Below the pieces are notes generated by a model. That model saw only the letters and a program-made list of their open reading frames with translations, did not search any database and was not told the origin of the DNA. 64,000 nt of DNA, taken from Eledone cirrhosa (taxonomy: Eukaryota). The first letter of the stretch is position 1. Every line of letters starts with the position of its first letter. Location of the stretch: positions 123,194,001 to 123,258,000 of the forward strand of contig OZ024745.1 of NCBI GenBank assembly GCA_964016885.1, written 5' to 3'. A program made the position numbers and the translations under genes. Of the stretch, positions 1 through 12,595 are shown in pieces.

Positions 1-205
1 ACTCTTTCTTTCAGGTAATGGAATTAATAAAATGAAGATGTACGAATAAAACCATCTTTCTTATTTATTATACTAAAACTCCAGGTGATACGATACAGAG
101 AAAATCCTAAGGAATACAAATCGTTGAGTGCTTTACATCTGTTTATGAAAAAGTCGGCAGATTTTTTGGACCCACCAACTGTCATCAACTGAATAAATAT
201 AAACA
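1..205 (+). repeat. Probable PLE pseudo-LTR downstream fragment
   Basis: Carries the ACTCC...GTTGAGTGCTT..ATCTGTT motif that follows the hammerhead/fold-back units at 3230-3310, 51420-51470, 52153-52200 and 53740-53780. Confidence 0.35.
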
Positions 206-207
206 TA

Positions 208-415
208 CATCATCATCATCATCATCATTTTACGTCCGCTTTTCCCTGCTTGCAAAGGTGGGACGGGTCCTATTCAGCACAGCATCTCTCCACTTGTCAC
301 GGTCCTTTGTCATCTCCTCCGTGAGCTTCAGCGATCTGAGGTCTGCTCTCACCATGTTTTTCGTGGTCTTCCTCTACTGCATCTTCCTTCTACTGGCATT
401 TCTTGGCACTTCTTT
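208..415 (-). mobile_element. RTE LINE 3' end fragment with (GAT)n tail
   Basis: Near-copy of 6056-6280 and 63310-63530; (CAT)n on the + strand is the tail. Confidence 0.8.
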
Positions 416-679
416 ATATATATATATCCCAAAAGTCACTAGACCATTACATGTATATATATCATATTGAATTCGTAAACGCTGAGCATATATTTTTAAC
501 AGACCTTCTGTTAATCTGGTTAAGCTAACAACGTAATTAAAATTCAGTGACACAACTTCAAGTGTTCAGCAATTTTTAGACAACTTAATCAGTGAAACAA
601 TTGTTAAGACTGAAAATAAAACACTTTTTTTGTACTGTTGACCATATTATTCTTCACTCTTTCTATATATATCTATATA

Positions 680-1000
680 TTGGCCTTGCAATCGAAAGGT
701 TGTGAGTTTAATTCGCAGACCGGGTGATGTGTTGTTTCCTTGAGCAAGACACTTTATTTCACATTGCTCCAGTTTACTCAGCTGTAGAAATGAGATGATA
801 GGAACTGGGGTCCATATCATTCCACTGCAAAGTGGTCGTGGAGGTGCCATGGCAAAAAAGCACCCAGCACTCACTGTAAATGAGGTTGGTGTTAGGAAGG
901 ACATCCAGCTGTAGAAATCAAGCCAGCATCAGTTCCCGTCCCACCCTTGCAAGCAGAGAAAAAGCGGACGTAAAATGAAATGAAGATGAATGATGATGAT
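680..1000 (+). mobile_element. tRNA-headed SINE with RTE-derived tail (5' truncated)
   Basis: Reverse complement of 58735-59045; tail CACTGTAAATGAGGTTGGTGTTAGGAAGG is shared with the RTE 3' UTR; (GAT)n end. Confidence 0.75.
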
Positions 1001-1060
1001 ACATATATATACATATATATATATTCATATATATATATATCATCTCATATATATATATCA

Positions 1061-1106
<46 letters not shown>

Positions 1107-2010
1107 AATAAAATAACACGAGATTTATTTAATGAACTTACAGAGGAGTCTTATATGAAAAAGTTAATCTCGATAAGATATCAGGGTGGGATATAGAGTA
1201 AAGAATAAAGCCTTTTATTGTGAATCCTACCCAGCACCTCCTAACCATGTGTCAGCCAGTTTCGAGTGGTATCGTCCAGCGAAAGAAATGGAAATTAATT
1301 TTTCCGAGTACTCTAGGAACGTAGCTACCTTAGGCCCCGGGTGTGCTAACGGGAAGTCTACAATTTCTACAGGCCATCGTCTATACCAAACGAATACTAT
1401 TAATTCACACATGAGGGGTTTATTTACGTGCCAGTAGAGGCATGATACAGCTAACAGTTATGCCTAAGCCTGGAGTTTATAGGTATAAGTATAATATGGC
1501 GGTCAAAACAGGCTCTGTAAGTTCATTAAATAAATCTCGCTACCTTAACCTTTAATTTTCTAATAATTTTTTTATTTTTTTTTATTTATTTTTCAATTTA
1601 TTATTTTTTAATTTAGTTTCATCCTATAACTCGTAACATAAGTTTAACGTTCCAATTTTCTGTTCACACAATAGACCATACAGACACCCATTATATATGC
1701 CTTTGTTAAAATATAGATTCTTTGGAATAACATTTTTCGTGGCATTTTCTAGCATCACTGTAGTATGACCCTTACGCTGACTTCTTTCTTTTTTCTTCTT
1801 TCTTTCTTTCTTCCCCTTTTTTATTCTTTGATGGAGAGCTGGTAGTACATTATAAGCCTTCGCTCCCTCACCAGATGGTCATTAGCAGACTGAGTACCCA
1901 TCACTTTGAGGGCGACTGGCCGAGGTGAAAGTAGCTAGTTGGTCAGTCGTCCTCTCTGTCTCTGATTTTTTGGACCCATTGTTTTTACATATTTCTTTGT
2001 TATATTTCGA

Positions 2011-2068
2011 ATACCTGATGATATCACCGGATTCATATGGAACCTGGTCATTGAAATGATCATAGTAT
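2011..2068 (+). ncRNA. Candidate minimal type-I hammerhead ribozyme
   Basis: ATAC-CTGATGA-[imperfect stem II ACCGG/CCTGGT]-GAAA-TGATCA-TA^GTAT; stem I ATAC/GTAT; palindromic stem III ATGATCAT. Confidence 0.55.
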
Positions 2069-2839
2069 AATAAACCTTTCAAGGATTTACACCAGTCCAG
2101 CCTCCTATTATTTTATTTATAATTAACTCCGTATTCGCACCACCAACTACACAAACGAAGACGGGTGAACTGCACTACGTTGAGTACTCTCCACAATATT
2201 ACACCAAGATTGACCATACGGAATGACCAATTCTATCTAGTGGTGAACCAACAAACTTAAAGAAAAAAAAAAGATATATATTATATATATATATATGAGG
2301 AGCAATAATATTTTACTACATGTGGCACCTGTTTAAAGTATTAAAAGTGCGTAGTAACACTGGATATTCAGTATTAAAAGTGCGTATTAACACTGACATC
2401 TGTTGTTAGTGATGTAATCTGTAGAGTATTTATATTAAGAAATAGTGATTGCAGTTTCAGTTCAACATATTTTTTTCATAATCACATGTAACATATGCTT
2501 CACAAATGACCAGCTCAGAGCTATAATTGATTACAATCATCGTCAACTCAGGGATAGATTTGCTCTGATCTGGTCATTTGTGAAACATGTTTTATGCATT
2601 ATGAGAAAATATGTTAAACTGAAATATTTATCTCTCCTTCTTAATACATATATCATCATTATCATCATCATCATCATCATCATATATGGTGGGGACAATA
2701 ATGTTGCTAGAACTCAATGAAGCCTTGAAGAGATGGTTTTAATAAGATTAGGTGGTGAGTGCTCTAGTTTTTGTAGTTGACTCTCATCGTATAAGATTCC
2801 CTCGATGATTCTACTCAAGCCAGAGAGTCAATTATATTC

Positions 2840-2901
<62 letters not shown>

Positions 2902-2905
<4 letters not shown>

Positions 2906-3310
2906 CAATAATATTAATAAATGGAAACTATCTTTATAAAACCATATTTATTTTATTATATATATTTCAAAATATTGGTACGTTCTCATCAAAATTTTGG
3001 TACGTTCTCATCAGATAAAATACAAAAGTTGTTTCACAGATAGTGACATATTCAAAACTAGAACTCAAAACGCTAAGTTCTAGTTTTAAATATGTCGCTA
3101 TCTGTGAAAAAACTTTTGTATTTTATCTGATGAGGGCATATCAAACATTTTGGTACCCTTGAAATATATATAATAAAATAAATATTATTTTATAAAGATA
3201 GTTTCCATTTATTAATATTATTGATATTATACTATAGAAGAAAACTCTAGAGTGCTTCTAATCTGTTATAAACTAAATTTGTTGAATAACCAACAAATTA
3301 AATAACTCAT
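2902..3310 (+). mobile_element. Fold-back PLE pLTR-like element, family A
   Basis: Inverted arms of about 150-165 bp (2902-3065 / 3076-3227), each with a hammerhead core; flanked by (CA)n and (TA)n. Confidence 0.7.
3119..3180 (+). ncRNA. Minimal type-I hammerhead ribozyme
   Basis: TATTTTAT-CTGATGA-GGGCATATCAAA cat TTTGGTACCCTT-GAAA-TATATA-TA^ATAAAATA; 8-bp stem I. Confidence 0.75.
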
Positions 3311-3513
3311 TGCTTATATATATATATATATATATATATGTCTTTCTCTCTTTCCCCTCTCACACAGCCTTCTCTCTCTCTCTTTCTTTCCCCTCTCACA
3401 AATATATTTTCATAATTCTTCGGCTCTGTTTAATTACATTGAGCTATACCTTTTACTGTCATTTCTATAATACGAAGAGGGTGTTTAACTCCAACACGCT
3501 CCAGTATTTTAAT

Positions 3514-3549
<36 letters not shown>

Positions 3550-3574
3550 TTATATATATATATATATATATATT

Positions 3575-3627
<53 letters not shown>

Positions 3628-3630
<3 letters not shown>

Positions 3631-3954
3631 ACCCCATCCACACCACCCCGTTCTATGTAAAGTTATGTTGGTGCCGCGCCATCCAGGCCGAAACAAATGA
3701 GATCGTGTAGGTGTCACGACAAAAAAACACACAGTCCACGCTGTAATGTGGCCGTGTAGGCAACACGGTAAAAACCTCCCAGACCCACACTGTAAATGTG
3801 GTTGGTGTTAGGAAGGGCATCCAACTGTAGAAAACCCGCCAGACAGTCCTATGCGAGCAAGAAAATCACTCTTGCCTCAAGTGGGACTACCCCCGTCCAA
3901 ACCCATGCAAGCGTGGAACACGGACGTTAAACGTTGATGATGATGATGATGATG

Positions 3955-3955
<1 letters not shown>
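3628..3955 (+). mobile_element. 5'-truncated RTE LINE (3' UTR only)
   Basis: Nearly identical to 62722-63050; (GAT)n tail; inserted in (TA)n. Confidence 0.9.
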
Positions 3956-4011
<56 letters not shown>

Positions 4012-4124
4012 ATGTAGTTAAGTTTTATGTCTAGGGAAAAGTACTCACATATCTTCTTCTTAGTGAGACATCGACAAGAGAAGTTCCTAGCAAAGAATAT
4101 GTCGCTATATCTAGTTTTTATTGT

Positions 4125-4330
4125 TCTTCTTCTTTTTCACCCACTTATTCCTTGGAGGGTTGTGCGGGCAGGGTCCTCAAACACTCCGTCCAGCAGGGCC
4201 TGTCAGAAGCAATCGTCTCCAGCTGATCTGGCTGGATTCCCAAGTGTGACCAGCGAAGTTCATCGATGTGATCCAACCATCTTGCTCGGGGTCTACTCCT
4301 GGGTCTCCTACCTGTTGGTAGGAGACAGAG
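4125..4330 (-). mobile_element. RTE-like 3' fragment, (GAA)-tailed family
   Basis: Reverse-complement similarity to 25225-25400. Confidence 0.6.
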
Positions 4331-4354
4331 TACCTCATTCTGTTATCTGGTAGT

Positions 4355-4629
4355 CCTTAAGAAAATTAGGTGTAGAAGAATGGCTTGTGAGAGCAGTGTT
4401 AGCCATGTACAGAGGAGCTGTCAGTAAAGTGAGAGTAGGAAATAATTTCAGTGAGGAATTGAAGGTGGAGGTAAAAATTCATCAGTGTTTAGTTCTCAGC
4501 CTGCTACAGTTCATCATAATTCTTCAAGCCATAACAAAGGAGTTCAAGATTAGTTTTCATGGGAACTTTCTCTCTGTGCATGATCTGGTCATTATAGCTG
4601 AATCCATAAAAGAACTAGAGAATAAGTTC

Positions 4630-4630
<1 letters not shown>
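4355..4630 (+). mobile_element. Decayed RTE reverse transcriptase fragment
   Basis: LRKLGVEEWLVRAVLAMYRGAVSKVRVG...AESIKELENKF aligns by eye to the 59851-62694 RT. Confidence 0.85.
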
Positions 4631-4673
<43 letters not shown>

Positions 4674-4762
4674 GGGAGGGGAGGGGGAGATAAGCTGGTC
4701 TCATGTGGAAAGATATATTCATCTCTTTTCCTTCCACCAGTCTCAGAGACTCTGCAAAACAT

Positions 4763-5190
4763 CTCCTCCTCCTCCTCCTCCTCTTTTCTTCTTCCTCTGC
4801 CTCCTCCTCCAACACCACCACCACCCCCTCCTCCACCTCCTCCTCAATCCACCACAATCATCATCAAATTTACCACAACTATAATTGATATAACAACCAG
4901 CACAATTATCATCATCATCATCACCACCACCACCAACATCACCACCACCACCACCGCTACCACCACCACCACCACCACCACCAACATCACCACCACCGCT
5001 ACCACCACCACCAACATCACCACCACCACCACCGCCACCACCACCACCACCAACATCACCACCACCGCTACCACCACCACCAACATCACCACCACCACCA
5101 CCGCCGCCACCACCACCACCAACATCACCACCACCACCACCACCACCAACATCACCACCACCACCACCACCGCCACCGCCACCACCATCA
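4763..5190. repeat. (CCT)n/(CAC)n compound microsatellite
   Basis: Direct reading. Confidence 0.95.
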
Positions 5191-5802
5191 ACTGAAAGAT
5201 ATATCTTGCAGTTATGAATATGTCGTGATTGCGTATGTAGTGTACGTGAGTGCCATGATTGTATATATGTGTATATTAGTGTATATTAGTGTATGTGATT
5301 ATTAACCTCTATTAATGTTTTTGTTATTTATATTGACAATGTTATGTCTAGACAGAAATATATTATAAGTATTTCCTTTTCAATAATGTATGTGTTTATA
5401 TAAAACTACAATCTTCAGTTGCTAAGCATAAGAAGAAAATAACTACTAGATCCAACTTCTCTCTATGTGCTTTTCATATACTGTATGTCTGTTGTATTAT
5501 ATGTGTATTTGTATATATATGTATATATATATATAAATGGAAAAAATGAAACGAAATTTCATTTCTCACTCTTAGTACAGCTGTTACTTAAATATAAGTA
5601 TGTATACTTACATAAATATATGTATACAGACGTACAGTAGTATGTATATATATATACATGCATGCACACATGTATATATGTATGTATGGATTCACCGAAC
5701 ATGTATTATAATGCTCGGTGTGTTTGTAAACAAACATCTCGAATTAAGCCGTACAGCGTCTAGCAACCATCGTTGCTCATTTGTTCAACCCTGACAAAGG
5801 AA

Positions 5803-5843
5803 CGCTGTATTAGTTTCAAGCTATTTAGCTATCGTCAGCAACG
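5803..5843 (-). ncRNA. Minimal type-I hammerhead ribozyme
   Basis: Minus strand: CGTTG-CTGACGA-TAGCT aaat AGCTT-GAAA-CTAA-TA^CAGCG; stem I CGTTG/CAGCG with one G-U. Confidence 0.65.
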
Positions 5844-6055
5844 TATACCTTCCTGCCAGATGATTGAACGTCTGAAAGTATATACTTTCCTTATGCATAG
5901 TAACGGCTGCTCAGCTGTTAATATGCATAGAAAACCAGCCAGAAACAGTCCTATTTGAGCGAGACACGGTCACCCGACACAACTTACCTTAAAATTAGAC
6001 CCGTCTAACCCATGCTAGCATGGAAGATGAACGTTAATCGATGATGATGATGATA

Positions 6056-6360
6056 TCATCATCATCATCATCATCATCATTTTACGTCCGCTTTTCCCTG
6101 CTTGCAAGGGTAGGACGGATCTTATTCAGCACAGCATCTCTCCACTCGTCACGGTCCCTCGTCATCTCCACCGTGAGCTTCAATGATCTGAGGTCTGTTC
6201 TCACCACCTCCGCCCATGTTTTTCGTGGTCTACCTCTACCACGTCTTCCTTCAACTGGCATTTCCTGGCACTTCTTCACCCATCGGTCATCCTCCATGCG
6301 CATCACATGTCCATACCACCTCAGTCTCCTCTCCCGTACACTACATTCTATCCCTCTCAG
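6056..6360 (-). mobile_element. RTE LINE 3' end
   Basis: ORF 6082-6306 MRMEDDRWVKKC...GRGRPRKTW is the RTE C-terminus; (GAT)n tail. Confidence 0.9.
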
Positions 6361-6516
6361 ACGTACGTATCATCATCATCATCATCGTTTAACATCTATC
6401 TTCCACACTAGCATGGGTTTGTATATGTATTTAAAAGGTAAACAGAAATAACAACACAATCGGTACAGTATATGGAAGGAATATATTAGGTTAACGCTTG
6501 AAATAGCAGGAAAGGG

Positions 6517-6552
6517 TCTTAACGTTTCGGACACGAGTCCTTCATCAGAAGA
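6517..6552 (-). ncRNA. Minimal type-I hammerhead ribozyme (classic PLE form)
   Basis: Minus strand: TCTT-CTGATGA-A-GGAC tcgt GTCC-GAAAC-GTT^AAGA; palindromic AACGTT stem III. Confidence 0.75.
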
Positions 6553-6769
6553 AAGAATGAGAAATTAGATAGATTGAAGGGATGGGCAGGCATCACATGG
6601 AAATTAGAATTAGAGCCAAGCAATAGAAAAATGTACATTTATACTTCATATACATAGAAGTTATTTTAGATTTTGTGTGAGATATTCATCAATGTCTGGG
6701 TTTAGGATAGCATTATTCATGTGGAATGATTTTTGACATAATTAATCCACCCTATGTACACAGTAATTT

Positions 6770-7154
6770 GTCTCCTTGTATGTGTTTGAGGACAAATGCA
6801 TGAGAAAACTCCTTCGTATTTCCTATTGGGAACGTAAAACAAATGAATATGTGCGGAGTAAGGCTAAAAGTTTTGTGGGTCACCAGGAACCTCTCCTTGC
6901 CACTGTCAAGAGGAGGAAACTGGCATGATTTGGCCATGTCACATGCCATGACAGCCTGTGTGAGACCATCATGCAAGGCACTGTTGAAGATGGATGCAGG
7001 AGGGGACACCAACGCAATAAATGGTTGGACAATGTCAAAGAATGGACGCAAATGACGACACCAGATTTGTTGACACTCCGTCGTTGATAGACTATTTTGA
7101 TTGCGTGCTGCTTCCACAGTAGGATTCACCTGACAACTACAGAAGTCAAGGGTC

Positions 7155-7192
<38 letters not shown>
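6770..7192 (+). mobile_element. RTE-clade LINE 3' end, second family
   Basis: Translates VKRRKLAWFGHVTCHDSLCETIMQGTVEDGCRRGHQRNKWLDNVKEW; (GAT)n tail. Confidence 0.8.
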
Positions 7193-8404
7193 TGTTTGCA
7201 TGAATGTGTGTTCCAGCACATGTGTGTTTGTACATGCATGGGTGTCTATGTGTATGTGTGTATTAGTGAATGAAGGGATTATCAAGCCCAGTGCAAGGTT
7301 TTTTAGATAAGGCATATGTAAGTTTTCACACCTAATTTCTTTGAAAAACAAATTGCAATTTATCAATGTATATATAAACTTTAGTGACCTCCGTTCATCA
7401 CACAATGTGTGTGTGTGTGTTTGTGTGTAGTGCGTGTTTGTGTGAATGTATGTGTGTGTAAAAGGAAGGAAGGGGATGGGGAAAAATCTATAGCAAAACA
7501 GTGTTGGTGTTCCATTTGCTATGCTGTGTGTGTGTGTTTCTATGTGTGTGTTTGTGTAAATCTATGTGTGTGTGAGTGTTTGTGTGAATGCATGTGTGTG
7601 TGTTTGTGTGAATCTATATCTGTGAGTGAGTATTTTTGTAAGTGTGTCTGTGTTTGCGCATTTATATTTATATACTCATACATATAAATGTATGCATATA
7701 CACATACATACAAGCACACACATATACACATACATACAAGCACACACATATACACATACACGTCAGCATGTTGAAAAACATTCTAGTAAGTATATATAAC
7801 AATTAAAAATAACTAGCCACTGCCCTAAGCTTCAAGTATTTAGTAGGACTATTTACATTACTTTGAGGGTCCCAGATAGGCAGACAAAATGCATTGAAGC
7901 ATCTATTCTTTTCTTTACATCCTGTGTTCAAATTCTGCAGATTTCAACATAGAATGTAAAGAAACAATATAAGATAAATAATAGCTTCTAATTTAGGCTG
8001 AAAGCCAGCAATTTTGAGAGGTAGGTAAGTTCCCTAATACTTCTAAGGTACTTTATTTTGACACTGGAAGGATGAGGGACCAAGTTGACATCAGCAGGAT
8101 TTGATAAATGTCACAAAATAATTTCCTTCGATGCTTTAACGATTCTTCTTCTTCTTCTTCTAAATGCATCAGTCAAATGCTGTGGTACATTAAACCCATT
8201 AACATTTGTGAGTTGGAATAGCTATTTAAACTCTTCTCAATTGTTATCCTTCAGGGTAACACTTTCTCAATTCTGTCCACTGAGATCACTGTGCTTGAAG
8301 TTCTACACACCAGAGAACACTCTCCCACACTGTCTGGGGCCATACAATATGGATAGTAATGGTATAGGTTGTTGATATCTATGTTTTTATTGAAAATAAT
8401 TCAA

Positions 8405-8567
8405 CCCTTTAGTATTTACATTACTCTATATATACTATTGTATTTTCATGGTAAAGGCTTTATCTCACATAATATTGAATCTATGAGATTTTGATATTAT
8501 TTATTTTGAGAACAATACCTTAACATCAGTATGAGTGGCCAGTTACAGCTGGTTTGAACAGAAAGGG
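8405..8567 (-). mobile_element. piggyBac-type MITE
   Basis: CCCTTT..AAGGG termini with a TTAA-like flank; same family as 15405-15625. Confidence 0.65.
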
Positions 8568-8661
8568 TTAATCAACTTACCCACCACCACTATCAGTACT
8601 AATTTCTGTCCTTGTATTGTACGTAAATAAAAATCCCTTATTTACATTAAAGGCGGTGTAG

Positions 8662-8853
8662 GGCGGTGGATTGGCAGTAGTGGTAGAGGGTCGGACACCA
8701 TGCTTTGCAGCAAAGAGTTACGTCCCTTTATGGTCTGAGTTCAAATCCCGCTGAGGTTAACTTTGCCTTTCATCCTTACGGGGTCAATAAAATAAATCAC
8801 CAGTAATACACTAGGATAATTGCTGGCCTTGTGCCAAATGTAGAAACAATTAT
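8662..8853 (+). mobile_element. tRNA-derived SINE (Nin-domain-like)
   Basis: Copy of the 19533-19720 family. Confidence 0.8.
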
Positions 8854-9242
8854 TTACATTAAATAAATAAAGAAAAAAAAAAGAAAAAAGAAAGAAGGAA
8901 GAAAGAAGAAAGGAAGAAAGAAAGAGCAGAAGAAAGAAAGAGAGAAAGAAAGAAATCATTATTTCTGCTACTACAATAGTCACTGCAGGTATTACATTTG
9001 AACAATGATTTAACTTTAAGTTCTATATACATCAGTGAGTTTCTCTTATAAGTGAAAATCAATGTTTGCATTTTCTATTTCTAAACCAAACTATGTAACA
9101 ATCCAGTCAGGTTTGTGTATTTTCTCTAGAACTTTGAAAAATACTTTAAAGTCTTTCCTTAACTCTTCAATGTGTTTATGTATATCTCCAGGTTATGAAA
9201 TGAAATGTTTACAGCTTCTTCTATGTGCCAATGTAAATTTAA

Positions 9243-9636
9243 CCCTTTACCATTTAAACCGGCCAGAATTCTCTCACCTCATTCTGTTTAAACCAGTTGT
9301 GACTACTCCCTCATACTTATGTTAAAGTATTGTTCTTAAAATAACTAACATCAAAATCTCATAGATTCGATATTATGTGAGATAAAGTGTTTACCATGAA
9401 ATTACAATAGTAAATATAAAGTAATGTAAATACTAAAGAGTTAAACTGGCCATATCTGGCCAGAATTCTCTCACCTCTTTCTGTTCAAACCAGCTGTAAC
9501 TGGCTATTCATACTGATGTTCTCAAAATATATATCAAAATATAATAGATTCAATATTATTTGAGATAATTATGTAAGATAAAGCCTTTGCCACAAAAATA
9601 AAATAGTAAATATAGAGTAATGTAAATGCTAAAGAG
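9243..9636 (+). mobile_element. Two tandem piggyBac-type MITE copies
   Basis: Repeated GGCCAGAATTCTCTCACCTC...GTAATGTAAATRCTAAAGAGTTAA. Confidence 0.7.
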
Positions 9637-10480
9637 TTAAATATGCTTGCTTTGAATTGGAAGCTAGGGTTGCATGGGCTTGATTAATTCTAACGTCTTC
9701 ACCTTCCAGACTCTTCTGCACTTAACTAAATTTTGATCAGACAAATAGAATCGATGCATCTTACAGCAGATGTTTAGAAAGTAACAGCAAAGGTTCTTAC
9801 ATAAAATTATGATGGAATGTTTTAGATAAATATCATCACTTTAAAACAAATCAATTTGTATCTTAGAACCAGGGATGGTTTTAAGAAGTTTGGTATTTAA
9901 TCCATTTTATCCATATATTATGCACAATATTTAAAAACAATCAGATTATATGCTTTAGGAAAATTTATGTCAGTTTATACATTTTTGAAAGAGGTATTAA
10001 TATTATTCACTGCTTTGTGATTTCAACTAAAGCTAAATTATTATAACTATACAATATATATTTTATTTTGAATAAATCAACTCACGATTGTATAAATAAT
10101 GTTTGAAATATTGATGGAAATATGAAAGAAAAAGAAAAGAAAAGAATAAAAACAAAACCAAACAATGAACAAAGGTGGGAAGGGGTAAAGAAGGGCAGAT
10201 CTGACTGCATAGGAAAGTAGGTGAAAAGGTTATAAATGTTATAAATGCTATAAATGAGGGGAAAACTAGGGGAAAAGTAAAGATTAGGAGGCCATGGAAG
10301 AAAGGGGGGTGTAGAGGGTCTATATCTGGGGTGGAGTGATGTTTAGGCTGCGCCCTCCGGATAAAACTGCAAAGGCATTTCTGCAGACAATGGCCAGTGA
10401 CACTTGCTGTAACAGCCACCCCACCTCGTGGGGTTCCTTCCTCAGATAGGCTGATATTTTAAGAAACACTATAAGATAAA

Positions 10481-10647
10481 TAATTGTTTCTACTTTTGGC
10501 ACAAGGCCAGCAATTACCCAGTACATTACTGGTACTTTATTTTATTGACCCCGTCAGGATGAAAGGCAAAGTTGACATCAGCGGGATTTGAACTCAGAAT
10601 GGAAAGGGCCGTACCTCTATGCATCAAAGCATGACGTCCAACCCTCT
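10481..10647 (-). mobile_element. tRNA-derived SINE (Nin-domain-like)
   Basis: Reverse complement of the 19533-19720 family. Confidence 0.75.
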
Positions 10648-11753
10648 AGCTTCTAATTTAGGCTGAAAGCCAGCAATTTTGAGAGGTAGGTAAGTTCCCT
10701 AATACTTCTAAGGTACTTTATTTTGACACTGGAAGGATGAGGGACCAAGTTGACATCAGCAGGATTTGAACTCTGAGTTAAAAAGCCAGGATAAATGTCA
10801 CAAAATGATTTCTTTTGATGCTTTAACAATTCTGCAAATCTACAGTCTTCTTCTTCTTCTTTGCCCTAAGCTTCAAGTATTTAGTAGCACCATTTACCTT
10901 GCTTTGAGGGTCCCAGATAGGCAGACAAAATGCATTGTAGCATTTGTTCCAGTAATTTCCTATACATTTTGTGTTCCAATCCTCCAGAGGTTATTTGGTT
11001 TTCATCCTTTCAGGAGTTGATATAAAATAAATGCACTAGTCAAATACTGGAGGTACATTTAATCAACTTCTTTGCCCACTTAATCTTGGGAGGGTTGTGG
11101 GGGCAGAATCCTGAAACACTCCTTCTAATGGGTCCTGTCAGAAGCAACCAAGTTACTGCATTGTAGATGGTAAAAAGATGGACATGGTCAGACAATAACA
11201 TAGAATTGATAAATATGTCCGAACACAGAGGAGCTGAACTCCCATTGTCATCGCCCCCCATCTCTCTGTATTATGAGCAAATGGGGTCCCACGTGTTGGC
11301 CATCTTATGGCTCGGCGGACAGAATGGAGAAGGCGTTTTTCCAGAGGATAGTAAGGGAGATGTGCTGGAAGAGCCATTCCAACTCGCGAGGCTCACACCT
11401 GCGGCTGTCCAGCTCAGAACTAATAATCTACTACCCAAATATAAAATAAATGATAAAAACTAACTATATTTTAATCAGAAATGAGCATCAACAAATTGTA
11501 ATTTATTGTATTATTTTGTATTAGTAGAACGTCAGACTCCATGCTTTGTAGCATAGAGTTATGTCCCTTTGCATTCTAAGTTCAAATCCCGCTGAGGTTA
11601 GCTTTGTCTATCATCCTTACGAGGTCAATAAAATAAAGTACCAGTAATGCACTGGGGTCAGTTTAATCCAGTTTCCTCTCCCAGCAAATTGCTGGCCTTG
11701 TGCCTACAGTAGAAATCATTGTTTTATGTTCTGTTTGTATCTGTTTTAGTAAA

Positions 11754-11933
11754 AGTACACCATATATCTACATGTCAACAGTACACCATATATCTACATG
11801 TCAACAGTACACCATATATCTACATGTCAACAGTACACCATATATCTACATGTCAACAGTACACCATATATCTACATGTCAACAGTACACCATATATCTA
11901 CATGTCAACAGTACACCATATATCTACATGTCA
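11754..11933. repeat. 26-bp minisatellite, about 7 perfect copies
   Basis: Unit AGTACACCATATATCTACATGTCAAC. Confidence 0.95.
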
Positions 11934-12063
11934 TATGATACAACAAAATAGGTTGGCATCAGGAAGAGCATTTGGTCATAAAATATTGCTTCATGTTAAG
12001 TATGAAACTGTTCATGGGGATTACAAGTTTAACCCCTGATTTGGCAGGAGAAATTAACCTTAA

Positions 12064-12284
12064 CCATTTAGCATTTACATTACTATATATATACTATTGT
12101 ATTTTCATGATAAAGGCTTTATCTCTCATAATTATCTCACATAATATTGAATCTATGAGATTTTGATATTATTTATTTTGAGAACAATACCTTAACATCA
12201 GTATGAGCAGCCGGTTATGGCCAATTTGAACAGAAAGAGATGAGAGAATTCTGGCTGGATATGGTTGGTTTAAATGCTAAAGGG
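12064..12284 (-). mobile_element. piggyBac-type MITE
   Basis: Family sequence in reverse orientation. Confidence 0.7.
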
Positions 12285-12595
12285 CTAAAGTGTTTGCTGC
12301 TCTCTATTTTGATATGTATTTCTATTTCATACTAGACAACCCATGACCCATTGGGTCACCTTCACTTCAAAATATTTTAAAAAAAATCATGTTCACTTAA
12401 AAATAATTTTAGATAATTAAAAAAAATGTACACAAACATGTATATAATGTGAAATGAAACTGGAAGGCCCATATATATATATACGCGTGTGTATGTATAT
12501 ATATATATAAATGTGTGTGTGTGTGCGTATACATATATATATGTATGTGTGTGTGTATACATATATATATATATATGTATGTGTGTGTGTATATA

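Noticed and set aside
5365-5425. Hammerhead on the minus strand (CTGAAGA...GAAA)
   Set aside because: No convincing stem I, II or III
10415-10450. CTGAGGA plus CCCCAC/GTGGGG hairpin on the minus strand
   Set aside because: No GAAA or cleavage triplet follows; at most a truncated half
11754-11933. CRISPR-like array
   Set aside because: Units are contiguous with no spacers; eukaryotic context; no cas genes
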